A DNA stretch of 64,000 nt from Myxococcota bacterium (GCA_039030515.1 JBCCEA010000019.1:1-64000), one strand, 5' to 3'; numbered from the stretch's first letter, positions 49,396 through 59,823 are shown. The notes: generated by a model not told the origin, from the letters alone. Numbers and translations are program-made.

Positions 49396-52300
49396 TTGAC
49401 CCGCCACTTCGGTGTGCTCTTGGAGTTTTCTTCTGGGTGCGCGAACATAACAAGGGTGACACCAGCAGCTCACTCTGCGGCGCATCGACCTCGCTCAAAA
49501 CGTCCCACCCTGCTTCTCTATGGCGAGGGTGAGCCGATGGAAGTGGCCATTCGGGTAGCGCTAGATCGCCACGGGGTCACGGTTCACCGACCGCAGCAGG
49601 ACAGTTCGCTCCTGGAATCGGTCGCGGTCGAATCTCCAGATCTTTTGGTGTTGATAGGGGATGCAGCGCGTAGCGACGCAGACGAGTTGCTGCAAACGCT
49701 GATGGCGGATCCGGCCGCCTCTAGAGTGCCGGCAGTGCTCGTTGCAGACGATCCTCCGCTGGAATCGCGTTTGCGCGCGTTTCGCTCCGGCGCGATCGCG
49801 GTGGTTCCACGTGGGGCGAGTGCAGACGCCATCGCCGCTCGCATCGCAGAGCTCGCTCGGGAGGTGCCCGAGGACTCCGGATCGTTTCAGGGGGAGCTTG
49901 GGGAGGCCACGCTCGACGAGTTGACCGCTCTTGTCGCCGACGAGCTCCGTCGCAGCATCACCTCGGCAGACGGCGTCGATACGAAGTCCATCCGGCTTAT
50001 GCTCGGAGCCGGCTTGCCGGTGGCAGAAGCTTTGGAGGCCTTCGTCAGCCAGCTCAAACCTCTCGTCGAACAGTCCGACTCGGTTCATGAAGAACTCTTC
50101 GATCCCACCGGCACGGAGTGGAGCGAGCTCGGCAACGGCTCGAGTGATCCGTTCAGCGACCTGTCGCTGCTGTCCGGGTTGAGACTGCTTCTCATGGACA
50201 CCGACCCGGGCCGGGCGGATACGCTCGCCCAGGCGATGCGCCTACACGATGCGGAGGTTGTGGTCACTCAGGTGAGCATCGATGGCTTCAAGCGCGCCTA
50301 CGGCTTTGATCCGGAAGTCGTGATTTTGGACTCGACGGCGCTCGATGACGGGCGTTTTGAAACCGTACGCCATCTTCGCAAAAACATCCGTCTGAGGTGG
50401 GCTTCTCTTTTGGTAGTGCGCTGGGAGGACATCTGGCCGCCTTCGTCCCCATCGCCGGATATCGCTCAGCTGTCCGCGCGCATCGCGCCACTGACCCAAC
50501 ACGACCGCACCCTGAAGTCTCAGGCTCAAACCGAGAACACTTTGGAAACCCGCATCGAGCGGACCGGACCTGGGCGCATGCTTCGGATCTTGTCGAGCGT
50601 CCCGGGCAATGTGCATATGACCGCCAAGAGCACGAAGGCTCGCTTCGAAATCGACCTTGCTGAAGGCTTGATCGTGGGGGCGACGTGCATGCGCCACGGG
50701 GCGGGTGCCGGCACTTCAGAGGGCATCGCAGCGCTCCGTGATTTTCTGGATTTGGGATCTGCGCAGGTTTTTATCGAGAAGCGCCCGCATCCCTCCGTAG
50801 CCAACGTGATGACCCCGGTGGAGGAAGCACTCGACGCGGCTACTGCGGAGTTTGAGCAAAACCGGACCCTGCCCGAGTCCTCGTTGGCGCCAGAGTTCCA
50901 ACGCGCTCACGACGAACCCACGGCTCGAGAGGTCGCTGCAGAGGCGCCAGCATCGTTGGAGAGCTCCGTGCCGACCCGACAACCGGCAGCCGATCCTGAC
51001 GCAGAGGAGCAACCCAAAGCCGTAGCTCTACGGCCACCCAAACTGCCGAGCGCTCTTTTGACTGGAGGCAGCGATCAGATGCCGCTTGCGGACTTTGAGG
51101 GAGAAGACTCAAGCCAGATCACCATTCGCCGGGAAGGCCTGACCTCGGAATACGCCACCTGGGATACGGATATGAGCGTCGAGGAGACGCGCATAAGCCA
51201 CATTTCGAGTGAGGCCGTGGTGCCGCACCTCGATCAGGTGCCGACCTCGGTGCAGCCCATAGATTCGCTCACCGACCACCGCTTCGATCTCTTGGGCGTT
51301 GAGGAGCTACGTGACTCCGATGTGCTGACCATACGAGACTCAGACCTGCTGCGCATTCAGAAGCAACCCGGTGCTCCCGCATTGCCCGTGGCTTCGGCGA
51401 GCAGCAAAGAAGGAGCGGCCGATCCCCCAAATGATGCGGACGCGCATCTCAGCGATAGCGAGTTGCCGACGACGCCTCATGCCCCCGTAGATCAGCTGCA
51501 CAACGCCACGGTGCCCCCTTGGTCCGATGCACCTGGAGCGAGCGAGTTCGACGAGACCTTTCCGCCCGCGTCTTCGCTCACGCGATGGCTGATCTCTGGA
51601 GTGGCCTGGACCGCTCTTTTGAGCACCGTCATCGGGGGAGGATGGTTCTTGTGGCATGCGTCTGCGACCCACTCCGCTGCAGAGCCTGCAACGCAAGAGG
51701 CAGAATCGCCTCGCTTGCCGGAGGCAGCAGGCGCCCGAACAGAAGAGCCCAGCGCGGGTCAAGAGCAACCCGTTACAGAGACTCCCGAACTCAGATCGGA
51801 TACCCAGTCTCGCACTGCCGAACCAATCGCTGAGGCCGAACAGACTGCTTCTGCTGAAACCAGCACAGCTGAACAAACCGCCGCTGCCGAGCAAACCAGC
51901 ACGGCTGAAGAGACGAGCAGACCAGAATCGGTAGAGCTCGAGTCACAAGGCTCTCCACGCGAAACCACCTCAGACATCGCCACGACTGGAGAAAACCAAC
52001 CTCGATTGCCAACCCGCCTCGACGAAATCACCCGTACTCCTGCGGGCGAGCGCGATCTCAGCGCATCTCGCGCTCGGTCCACCGAAGGACGCCGCTATCT
52101 ACGGCGAGAGCGGATCGAAGAAGCCACCGAGGCCTTTTTCGAGGCGCTGCAGCTTGACGACAGCAACCCGCACTCGATGATCGGGCTTGCCGAAATCCAT
52201 CTGGCTCAAGGCAATCCTGAGGCCGCGATCGAGTTCGCCAGACGCGCGGTCCAGCTTCGCGGCCGCCGCAGTCGATATCGGTTGATTCTCGGCGATGCGT

Positions 52301-52407
52301 ATCGCGCAAACGAGCAGCTCGCAGAGGCTCGCGCCGAGTATCGGAACGCATTGAAACTCGAGCCCGACGACCAAGCGATCCTCAGTCGACTTTCTAGCAC
52401 TCGCTAG
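49396..52407 (+). CDS. Myxobacterial-type multidomain protein: two atypical receiver domains, acidic linker, TM helix, C-terminal TPR
   Basis: SPDLLVLIG and DPEVVILD receiver-like strands, one TM, TPRs (EALQLDDSNPHS, NALKLEPDD); start uncertain. Confidence 0.75.
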   Translation: MTRHFGVLLEFSSGCANITRVTPAAHSAAHRPRSKRPTLLLYGEGEPMEVAIRVALDRHGVTVHRPQQDSSLLESVAVESPDLLVLIGDAARSDADELLQTLMADPAASRVPAVLVADDPPLESRLRAFRSGAIAVVPRGASADAIAARIAELAREVPEDSGSFQGELGEATLDELTALVADELRRSITSADGVDTKSIRLMLGAGLPVAEALEAFVSQLKPLVEQSDSVHEELFDPTGTEWSELGNGSSDPFSDLSLLSGLRLLLMDTDPGRADTLAQAMRLHDAEVVVTQVSIDGFKRAYGFDPEVVILDSTALDDGRFETVRHLRKNIRLRWASLLVVRWEDIWPPSSPSPDIAQLSARIAPLTQHDRTLKSQAQTENTLETRIERTGPGRMLRILSSVPGNVHMTAKSTKARFEIDLAEGLIVGATCMRHGAGAGTSEGIAALRDFLDLGSAQVFIEKRPHPSVANVMTPVEEALDAATAEFEQNRTLPESSLAPEFQRAHDEPTAREVAAEAPASLESSVPTRQPAADPDAEEQPKAVALRPPKLPSALLTGGSDQMPLADFEGEDSSQITIRREGLTSEYATWDTDMSVEETRISHISSEAVVPHLDQVPTSVQPIDSLTDHRFDLLGVEELRDSDVLTIRDSDLLRIQKQPGAPALPVASASSKEGAADPPNDADAHLSDSELPTTPHAPVDQLHNATVPPWSDAPGASEFDETFPPASSLTRWLISGVAWTALLSTVIGGGWFLWHASATHSAAEPATQEAESPRLPEAAGARTEEPSAGQEQPVTETPELRSDTQSRTAEPIAEAEQTASAETSTAEQTAAAEQTSTAEETSRPESVELESQGSPRETTSDIATTGENQPRLPTRLDEITRTPAGERDLSASRARSTEGRRYLRRERIEEATEAFFEALQLDDSNPHSMIGLAEIHLAQGNPEAAIEFARRAVQLRGRRSRYRLILGDAYRANEQLAEARAEYRNALKLEPDDQAILSRLSSTR

Positions 52408-52557
52408 CTTTGGGAATCCTTAGCTTTGGGAATCCTTCGGGCGGGGAACTCGAGCAGAGGCAGGAGCTCTTGCGGGTACCGTCGCCGGCCTTTGTCCGAA
52501 CGGACCGTACGGCAACGCTGGTCGTATCTTCCGGAGACTGCTAGTTGTTCGCTCTCT

Positions 52558-54390
52558 ATGACCAAGATGTCGCTCGCTGCGCCCGATACCCTTCAATGGC
52601 GACCCGCGATAGCGTTGACGCTCGTGGGTCTAGCCACCGTGCTCGGCCTTCCCAAGCTGTTTCAAATGGCAATCGATTGGGCCTACGAACCCAGCGCTCC
52701 GCTTTGGTTGGCGTCGATCGTATCCGGGATTCCCAGGGAAAAGGCACTAGAGTACCCACCCAACCTCACCAATCGACTCACTGTCATCTTCGGCTGCGTC
52801 ATCCCGATCGTGCTGAGGCCGGCCCTGATCTGTCGATTCTTCGAGCGATTTGTCGGCGAGGCCGGTCCCCACGTGGTCGCCCTCATGCGGATCTACGCGG
52901 CATCGATCCTTTTTATCTCGGCAGTTTGGGAAGACCTCAGCAGCTTGGCTTTGGTCCCTGCCGGTATCTTCCGTCAGCAGGGCGGCATGAATTTCGTTGC
53001 TGCAATCCCGGGATTTGACGCTTTGCTTGCGAGTTCAAGCGCCCTTGCCCTGCTGGATCACACGACCGCCGCCGTACTTCTCTTGGCGGCCTTTGGCGTG
53101 TTTAGTCGAGTCACGGTGCCTCTCGGTGTAGTGCTGTACTACGTGCTGGGAGGTTTACTTCGCGCGCCTTTTCAGTTTTATCACACCGGACTCATCCCCT
53201 GGTACCTCTTGGCCGTACTGCTTTTTTTCAGGAGCTACGACGTCTGGTCGTTTGACGCATGGTGGGCAAACAGACAGCGGTCGGCCTCTCGTCCTGAGCC
53301 TTCTCGGGCCCTGCGTCAGCACTATGGCTGGGCACGGTTTATCGGCGCGCTGGTGGTCACGCTGCCCTATACCGAAGCCGGCCTGAGCAAGATGTGCCGG
53401 GGAGGACTGTTCTGGTGGGAGCCGGTGAACATGCAGTCGATCCTGTTCATGGACACCCTGAATCCGATGGAGTTCGACCTGAGCGTGAGCTTGGCGATTC
53501 GCTCCTGGCCGGAGGAGATCTTCGGACTGCTGGGCCTTTTCGGCATGGTGGGCGAGATCGTGATGGTGCTGACCCTCTTCCACCGCCCGTCCCGTTTGAT
53601 GCTGCCCGCGATGATGATCGCGATGCATGTGGGCATTCTCTTCACTCAGAACATTCTCTTTTTCGACCTCATCTTGCTGCTGACGATTTTTTACGCGTGG
53701 ATGCTGATCGACAAAGATCCCAAGAGCCCTTGGTATGCGGGCGATTGGGTACCGAAATGGCTTCCTATCGGACCCCACGTAGACTGGCTCCATGGACACC
53801 GGAAGAAGGCGATAGGTTCGGAAAGCGACGGAGGGCGAACCAGCGACGCTCAAGCCAACAGTGCTCACGTCTCAAACGATCAGGGCCAAGATACGCAGGA
53901 GAGCCAAGATACGCGGAAGGAAACTGTGGAAGGGAGGCAACTTGCAGAGACATCAGCCTCTCTCAAGGTTCTCTCTTTGGGGCCACGCCTTTTGCAGGTG
54001 CTGTCGGTGGTATTCGTATTTTGCTGGATCTTTGGGGTGGAATTTTATCCATTGACCGCAATGCAGATGTACTCGGGCAAACGGGATACGGGTAAGGTCG
54101 ACTACTATCGAGTTCTGGCAGAGTACGATGACGGCAGCGTCGAAGAGGCCTTTATCGAACACGTGATCCCCGCGATGAGAGCTGCTCGGTACCGCCGGGC
54201 GATTCGGGAGTGCTTTATTCCGAAGGGTCGACAAGATTGCGAGGCACTGCTTCAGTCCGCCGGTCAACATATGGATCGCGCCGAATCGATCGTGGCGCTC
54301 GAAGTCCATCATCGTCGATGGGATTTTCGCAATCATCCCGAAGACGAGGAGTTTGGATCTACGGTCGAACGGGTGCGGGTGTCGATGTAG
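52558..54390 (+). CDS. HTTM-like polytopic membrane protein
   Basis: WSFDAW, YTEAGLSK, MHVGI, YPLTAMQMYS; start uncertain. Confidence 0.7.
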   Translation: MTKMSLAAPDTLQWRPAIALTLVGLATVLGLPKLFQMAIDWAYEPSAPLWLASIVSGIPREKALEYPPNLTNRLTVIFGCVIPIVLRPALICRFFERFVGEAGPHVVALMRIYAASILFISAVWEDLSSLALVPAGIFRQQGGMNFVAAIPGFDALLASSSALALLDHTTAAVLLLAAFGVFSRVTVPLGVVLYYVLGGLLRAPFQFYHTGLIPWYLLAVLLFFRSYDVWSFDAWWANRQRSASRPEPSRALRQHYGWARFIGALVVTLPYTEAGLSKMCRGGLFWWEPVNMQSILFMDTLNPMEFDLSVSLAIRSWPEEIFGLLGLFGMVGEIVMVLTLFHRPSRLMLPAMMIAMHVGILFTQNILFFDLILLLTIFYAWMLIDKDPKSPWYAGDWVPKWLPIGPHVDWLHGHRKKAIGSESDGGRTSDAQANSAHVSNDQGQDTQESQDTRKETVEGRQLAETSASLKVLSLGPRLLQVLSVVFVFCWIFGVEFYPLTAMQMYSGKRDTGKVDYYRVLAEYDDGSVEEAFIEHVIPAMRAARYRRAIRECFIPKGRQDCEALLQSAGQHMDRAESIVALEVHHRRWDFRNHPEDEEFGSTVERVRVSM

Positions 54391-54474
54391 GCTCAATAGT
54401 CCGATAGACCACGCCGAAACGGGCTGATAGTGGCCGCGTGTTGCAGACGCTCGTTATCGTGTGATCATGGCACT

Positions 54475-55959
54475 ATGAACGAACTGTCGGACGCCAAGAG
54501 CCCGCTGGAGCGGTCTTTCGCAATGCTTCAGCAAGGCCACGTCGATGATGCCAAAAACATATTGGTCGCTGAGGTAGACAAGGCGGAGCGCGCCCACGGC
54601 AAAGACCATCCCAAGTACGCCGAGGCGCAGTCTGATCTCGCGCACTTGCTCATGCAGCTTGGCGACCCGCAGGTGACGGCCGCCCTCGAAGCTGCGGTAG
54701 CTGTCGATTCAAACCTGGACGAAGAGGCTCAGCAGGCGAGGCTGCGCTACCTGCTGCAGCTCGGTGATGTCTATTTGCGGATCGGCAAGCTCGAAGAGGC
54801 CGAGCGTCGGATCAAAGAAACCCTGGAGGGGCGCGAGCGAACTTACGGCACCCGAGATCCTAGGTATGCACTTGCTCTGGAACCCTTGGCCTCCATATAC
54901 CTTGCCCGAAGCGAGGCAGGTAAAGCCAAAGAAACTATCGATAATTGCTACGAAGTGCTGACCTCGAACGAACACGCCCGATGGCCATATACGATGGCGC
55001 TGCGGGCGCTTGTCCATAAGGCAGCGAATGGACTAGACGCGGAGGTCTTTCCCGATCGGATACGAGAGGCCTCAACGGACGAGTTCAACTCTATCGTGGT
55101 CGCGACGCTCAACGCGGTTCGAGAAGCGCATCCGGATCTCGGACTTGCGGTGGCCAAAGATCTTCTCCTGCTCGTCGAGGCGAGGGACGCAAAGCACGAG
55201 GCGATTCCAGCGATCCTAAGTGAAATCGGTCAGATGGCGATTGCCGTGGAAGATCCGCAGCAAGGCGAGACGGCTTATGACCGCTTGCTGAAACTCAGGG
55301 AGGCCCAAAAGGACGACGCGAGGATCGTCGAAGCTCGAATGGGGTATGCGTTCTTTTGTGTCGGAACAAAGCAACTCAATAAAGCAAAAACCCACTATCA
55401 AGTTGCGGCAGAAAAAGCAGTGCGCCTCGGAGACCCTATGGTCACGATCACGGTCACACGAGCCTTTGCGGCATTTCTGATGCAAACCGGAAATCTCGGT
55501 GAAGCGGAGCAGCAGATCAAGAAAGCGCGCGAAGAGGCGGAAAAGCTGCAACACAAAGAGCTCATGGGGCGCACTAGGATGGACCAAGCCATGCTTGCCG
55601 AACTTGGGGGACGTCAAGACCAGGCTCAAGCTCTGCTCACCGAGTCTCTGGATTTTCTGCCCGAGGCAGATCCCGACCGGCAGCAGGCTGTGAAACGGCT
55701 GAAGGCAATGCAATCCCACGAAACCGGCAATACCAACGAAGCGATCTCTCAGCTCCTCACCGAGTTGGTTCGTCCATCGTTACCTCAGGGTCTATTGGGA
55801 AAGATAGAGGCCACCCTTGGCAAAAATGGAGGCTTTGACGTCGATATACAGCTGCTTCGGGAGCCGAGTGAAGAAGAGGCCGACAAAGTGCAGGCACTGG
55901 TGCAAAAAGCGATAAACGATGTCAATGCCCAACTTTCGGGCCGAGTCGGTACTTCCTGA
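54475..55959 (+). CDS. TPR-repeat protein
   Basis: Kinesin-light-chain-like TPRs (HGKDHPKYA, YGTRDPRYA). Confidence 0.8.
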   Translation: MNELSDAKSPLERSFAMLQQGHVDDAKNILVAEVDKAERAHGKDHPKYAEAQSDLAHLLMQLGDPQVTAALEAAVAVDSNLDEEAQQARLRYLLQLGDVYLRIGKLEEAERRIKETLEGRERTYGTRDPRYALALEPLASIYLARSEAGKAKETIDNCYEVLTSNEHARWPYTMALRALVHKAANGLDAEVFPDRIREASTDEFNSIVVATLNAVREAHPDLGLAVAKDLLLLVEARDAKHEAIPAILSEIGQMAIAVEDPQQGETAYDRLLKLREAQKDDARIVEARMGYAFFCVGTKQLNKAKTHYQVAAEKAVRLGDPMVTITVTRAFAAFLMQTGNLGEAEQQIKKAREEAEKLQHKELMGRTRMDQAMLAELGGRQDQAQALLTESLDFLPEADPDRQQAVKRLKAMQSHETGNTNEAISQLLTELVRPSLPQGLLGKIEATLGKNGGFDVDIQLLREPSEEEADKVQALVQKAINDVNAQLSGRVGTS

Positions 55960-56162
55960 GCCTATTCTGAGACCGAGACCTGGGCTGCACCTGACGACAA
56001 AGGCCTAGGTGAATCCTAGAGTGCGCATCGAGGGCCGTTCTGTTGTTCTTCCTAGCAAAAAGAAATACATAAGATATATTCCTTACATTAATTCTATTCC
56101 ATAGTGGGTCGGCAAGACGGAAGCGAAGCCATGCCATACAGTAGTCATGCGGCAGAGTAGCG

Positions 56163-57188
56163 ATGCAGCATCCGAGTGATGCTGAGCGAATCTTCGCGCT
56201 CGAGGAGCAGAACCGAGGTCTTCGGGCAGAGGTTCGGCGGCTGCGGGACGAGGTTGCCCGGGAGCATCGAATGGCTTCCTATGCGCTGAACCGATATGAA
56301 GCCCATGCGACTCAGCTAAAGAGTGCTCGTCAGCAAAACCGAGAGCTCTATCGCCTGGCGGCCAACATGGTCCGCGTGAAGCAGGCAGCAGAGCAGAAGG
56401 CCGACGAAGCAACGGAGCACGCGCAGCAGAAAGGCACTCTTCTCGCCAACTTCAGTCATGAGATTCGTGCTCCACTCAACGGCATGATCGGGTACTGCGA
56501 TCTACTGAGTCGAGAAGAAGGGAGCCGGCTGACTCAGACGGGTCTGCAGGATCTGCATGCGATCCGCAGAAATGCGGCGATGCTACTCGAGTTGATCAAC
56601 GACATCCTCGATATTTCAAAGATCGAGTCCGGTCGCGTGGACATCGTGAAGGAGTGGGTCGACCTTGCCCGTATCGCTGAAGAGTGTCTTGCCGCGGTGC
56701 GAAAGCCGGTTCGCAACGAAGTGATCGCGCTGCGAGCACAGGTATCGAGTAGCGCGCGTAAGGTTTATTCTGACGGACTCAAGCTTCGGCAGATCATGCT
56801 CAACCTACTTTCTAACGCGGTTAAGTTTACCGAGAGCGGAGAAATAATACTGCACATCAGCGCGGTGGACGGTGCGCTTGTGATTCAGGTGCGAGATACT
56901 GGACCGGGGATTCCGCCCGAAGAGCTCGATCGGATTTTCGAGAAATTCTGCCGAGGTCGTGAAGCGAACGTGCAGCGCCACATCGGCTCGGGCTTGGGTC
57001 TCGCGATCGTTCGGGAGCTCACCTGCCTTCTGCAGGGCGAGATCGACGTAGAAAGCGAAGTGGGGACGGGAACCACCTTTACGGTGCGCGTACCGCAAGT
57101 ATTTCAGGAGCGGGCAGAAGCTTCAGGCACGCTCAACCCACCGACCGTCATCGAAAAGCCCTCTAGCGCTCAGCCCCAAACGTCATGA
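56163..57188 (+). CDS. Cytoplasmic sensor histidine kinase
   Basis: FSHEIRAPL (H box), NLLSNAVKFT, DTGPGI, GSGLGL; coiled-coil N-terminus. Confidence 0.93.
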   Translation: MQHPSDAERIFALEEQNRGLRAEVRRLRDEVAREHRMASYALNRYEAHATQLKSARQQNRELYRLAANMVRVKQAAEQKADEATEHAQQKGTLLANFSHEIRAPLNGMIGYCDLLSREEGSRLTQTGLQDLHAIRRNAAMLLELINDILDISKIESGRVDIVKEWVDLARIAEECLAAVRKPVRNEVIALRAQVSSSARKVYSDGLKLRQIMLNLLSNAVKFTESGEIILHISAVDGALVIQVRDTGPGIPPEELDRIFEKFCRGREANVQRHIGSGLGLAIVRELTCLLQGEIDVESEVGTGTTFTVRVPQVFQERAEASGTLNPPTVIEKPSSAQPQTS

Positions 57189-57249
57189 TCTGCTGACGCA
57201 AGCAGTCGGTCTGGGCAGGCTATCGGGCCCGGCTCCGCCTCAAATGCGT

Positions 57250-58311
57250 TCATAGCTGCAGCTCGTCGCGTGGTCCCCGAGCAAACTGCGGAAACTTTTC
57301 TAGAGGTCCCGGCGGCAGACCCGGTACGTATTCCACGTGATCGCGCACGCCGCCTCCAGGAGCAGGACGGGGCGGCAAGGGCACCGCGATGTCCTCGATA
57401 GAAAACGGTCTTCCGTCGATGTGCCGCTGATATCCTAAGAAGCTTGTTCCGTTCCAATTGGTGCCTTGATCGCAAATAGTGCCATTGTATGCGGGCTTAA
57501 AATAAGGAGTCTTTATTAATCTTTTTACTTCACGCTTTTTATCGCTTAGCACTGACATATCATATTCAGGTAGCTGAACATTTGACTTTCCGGCGAGGTC
57601 GAACGTGGCAAAACGACAAACATTATTCATCGCGAGATAATGTTCACTAGGCAAACATATCACCGGATGGGAATGAACCCAGGAATCCACCACAACACTG
57701 CAAAACCTGTAATCTAGGTCTCGCACATGCGAAGAAAAAATACAGAAGACATGGTCTTCTGTATGCGAGGCAATCGTTGCGCGTATATTGTGTGCAAAGC
57801 GCAAAGCCCATATAAGCACCCCGCTTGCGTAATGCACACAGGTTCCTGATTTCGCATAGCGAGCAGCCTGCCAGATAGAATCATATTCCATCAACCAATT
57901 TAGATTCTGCGATCCGATCGCATTACTGTTCATTTCCATGGTTAATTTGGCCAAGTCCCAATTAAGAAAATTACGATAAAAGCCATTTGACAGCTCAGGA
58001 GTCCTCTGATCTCGACTTGGGTAAAGAGCGCGTTGGTTGGCAGGACCTTTGTGAAGAACGTAGCGGGTGCTCTGAACAGCGCGCACGGCAAAATCATATA
58101 GGACGCCAAAGTTTTTGACGACTAAATCTCGAGTTCCCACAGAGTTATATGCCTGGACAGTCGCAAGACATCCTATTTTCTGGGGGTAAATACGAATAAA
58201 GCCAGTACCCGTAGTTCCTTGAACAACAGCTGGCAGGTCCGAATCCCGCACCCTTTGTAGATCGGTAAAAGTGCGCTGTCTCAATATCTGTTCAGATACA
58301 TGGGGCCACAC
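57250..58311 (-). CDS. AT-rich orphan with transglutaminase/papain-like Cys-His-Asp triad
   Basis: SGTCVHYA...EDHVFC...VVVDSW; 5' end uncertain (in-frame TAA at 58321-58323). Confidence 0.6.
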   Translation of the reverse strand: MWPHVSEQILRQRTFTDLQRVRDSDLPAVVQGTTGTGFIRIYPQKIGCLATVQAYNSVGTRDLVVKNFGVLYDFAVRAVQSTRYVLHKGPANQRALYPSRDQRTPELSNGFYRNFLNWDLAKLTMEMNSNAIGSQNLNWLMEYDSIWQAARYAKSGTCVHYASGVLIWALRFAHNIRATIASHTEDHVFCIFSSHVRDLDYRFCSVVVDSWVHSHPVICLPSEHYLAMNNVCRFATFDLAGKSNVQLPEYDMSVLSDKKREVKRLIKTPYFKPAYNGTICDQGTNWNGTSFLGYQRHIDGRPFSIEDIAVPLPPRPAPGGGVRDHVEYVPGLPPGPLEKFPQFARGPRDELQL

Positions 58312-58417
58312 AGTAAAGTTTTACTCCAACTGCCTGACGTCATCGATAGCGCACAGTTTCTCAGGCGATTGAGATGGCGATCGGACAGACGTGCCGCGGC
58401 GTACGCGAACAAGCGGC

Positions 58418-59080
58418 CTACTCGGAAATGGAAAAACGGGGAGGTGGAAAGGCGCTATCGCCAGAGTCGGAGAGCACAGCGCGGAGTTTGGTGGTGAGAA
58501 GGTCGAGCGCCACGGCGTTTCGTGCACCCTCCGGGACGATGATGTCGGCCCACCGCTTGGAGGGCTCGACGAACTGCAGGTGCATTGGACGTACGGTGGC
58601 GTAGTACTGCTCACGAATCGATTCGAAGGAGCGGCCTCGATGCTCCAGGTCTCTCCGGATTCTGCGGAATACGCGAATATCAGCGTCGGTATCGACAAAA
58701 ATGCGGATGGCCATCAGGTCCCGCAGCACGCGATCTGCAAGCACGAGTATCCCCTCGACCACCACAACTTTCGTGACCGCGATATGGCGAGTCTCCTGGC
58801 TACGTCGATGTCGGGAGAAGTCGTAGATCGGAATATCCACCGGTAGCCCCTGCTCGAGATCGCGAAGGTGCTGCACCAGTAGTTCGGTCTCTAGAGCGTC
58901 GGGATGATCGTAATTCACGCTCCGCCGCTCTTCGTCACAGAGCTCAGCGTAGTCGCGGTAGTAGCTGTCGTGTTGGAGGACCGTGACGTGCTGCTTCGGC
59001 AGAGAGTTCGCTAGATGTTGAGCGACGGTGGTTTTGCCCGATCCCGTGCCGCCTGCAACGCCGATGATCAGTGGACGCAT
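58418..59080 (-). CDS. udk: Uridine kinase
   Basis: GVAGGTGSGKTT, HDSYY, NYDHPDA, RRIRRD, VRPMHLQFVEPSK. Confidence 0.96.
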   Translation of the reverse strand: MRPLIIGVAGGTGSGKTTVAQHLANSLPKQHVTVLQHDSYYRDYAELCDEERRSVNYDHPDALETELLVQHLRDLEQGLPVDIPIYDFSRHRRSQETRHIAVTKVVVVEGILVLADRVLRDLMAIRIFVDTDADIRVFRRIRRDLEHRGRSFESIREQYYATVRPMHLQFVEPSKRWADIIVPEGARNAVALDLLTTKLRAVLSDSGDSAFPPPRFSISE

Positions 59081-59187
59081 GAGGGTTCTTACCACGCGCT
59101 CACAGAATTGCCTTCACGTCCCCAACAAGTTGAGCGGCGCCGCAACCGTACCTGTTACGACTTGTCCTAGACTTGTCCTACTGAAGC

Positions 59188-59202
59188 CCGTACCGGGTAC
59201 GG
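59188..59202. repeat. Palindromic repeat core CCGTACCGGGTACGG
   Basis: Same core as 26207-26235; degenerate copy at about 59144. Confidence 0.75.
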
Positions 59203-59255
59203 TGTTTGCGCGGGAATATTGCTAAGGCGCCACCAGTGCCCGTAGTTTGAGGCCG

Positions 59256-59708
59256 ATGAAGGTCTCAGCGTACGTCTGCCCCGGGTCGGTGGCGATCATC
59301 CTGATGGTCGCTTTCACCAACGGGTGTCTCCTGCAAAACGTGAGCTACTCGGAAAAGCTGCGCGACAACGTCCACGAGCTCAATGATGAATTGCGTTGGG
59401 GCCGTATGGACTTGGCAGTGACCCGGGTGGCACCGCCCTACAGAGTCGCTTTCGCCGACATGCATCGGCCATGGGGACGCACAATTCAGATCGCAGACCT
59501 GGAAATCCAGTCGCTAGACTTCGGAGAAGATCGTTCCGAGGCCGCATCCATCGTGACATTCCGCTGGTACTCCGAAACTACGATGACGCTGCGAGAAACC
59601 ACCATCCGTCAAAAATGGGAGCGCAGCATCTCTGGCTACGCGATCACTGAGGTTGAGGTAATTGAAGGAGATCCATCGCTGCTGTCCTCAACGGAAAGTA
59701 CAGGCTGA
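59256..59708 (+). CDS. Hypothetical lipoprotein
   Basis: Signal peptide ending TNGC; LRWGR motif. Confidence 0.7.
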   Translation: MKVSAYVCPGSVAIILMVAFTNGCLLQNVSYSEKLRDNVHELNDELRWGRMDLAVTRVAPPYRVAFADMHRPWGRTIQIADLEIQSLDFGEDRSEAASIVTFRWYSETTMTLRETTIRQKWERSISGYAITEVEVIEGDPSLLSSTESTG

Positions 59709-59823
59709 GGTCGCTCCGGCCGACGTACCGTGGAGATGTATGGACACCTTGAACGGCGTCCATACGCCGGAGACTTGGGATACCGGCGGATGCCGTGTCA
59801 TGATTCGTTCGGAGGGGGAACAA

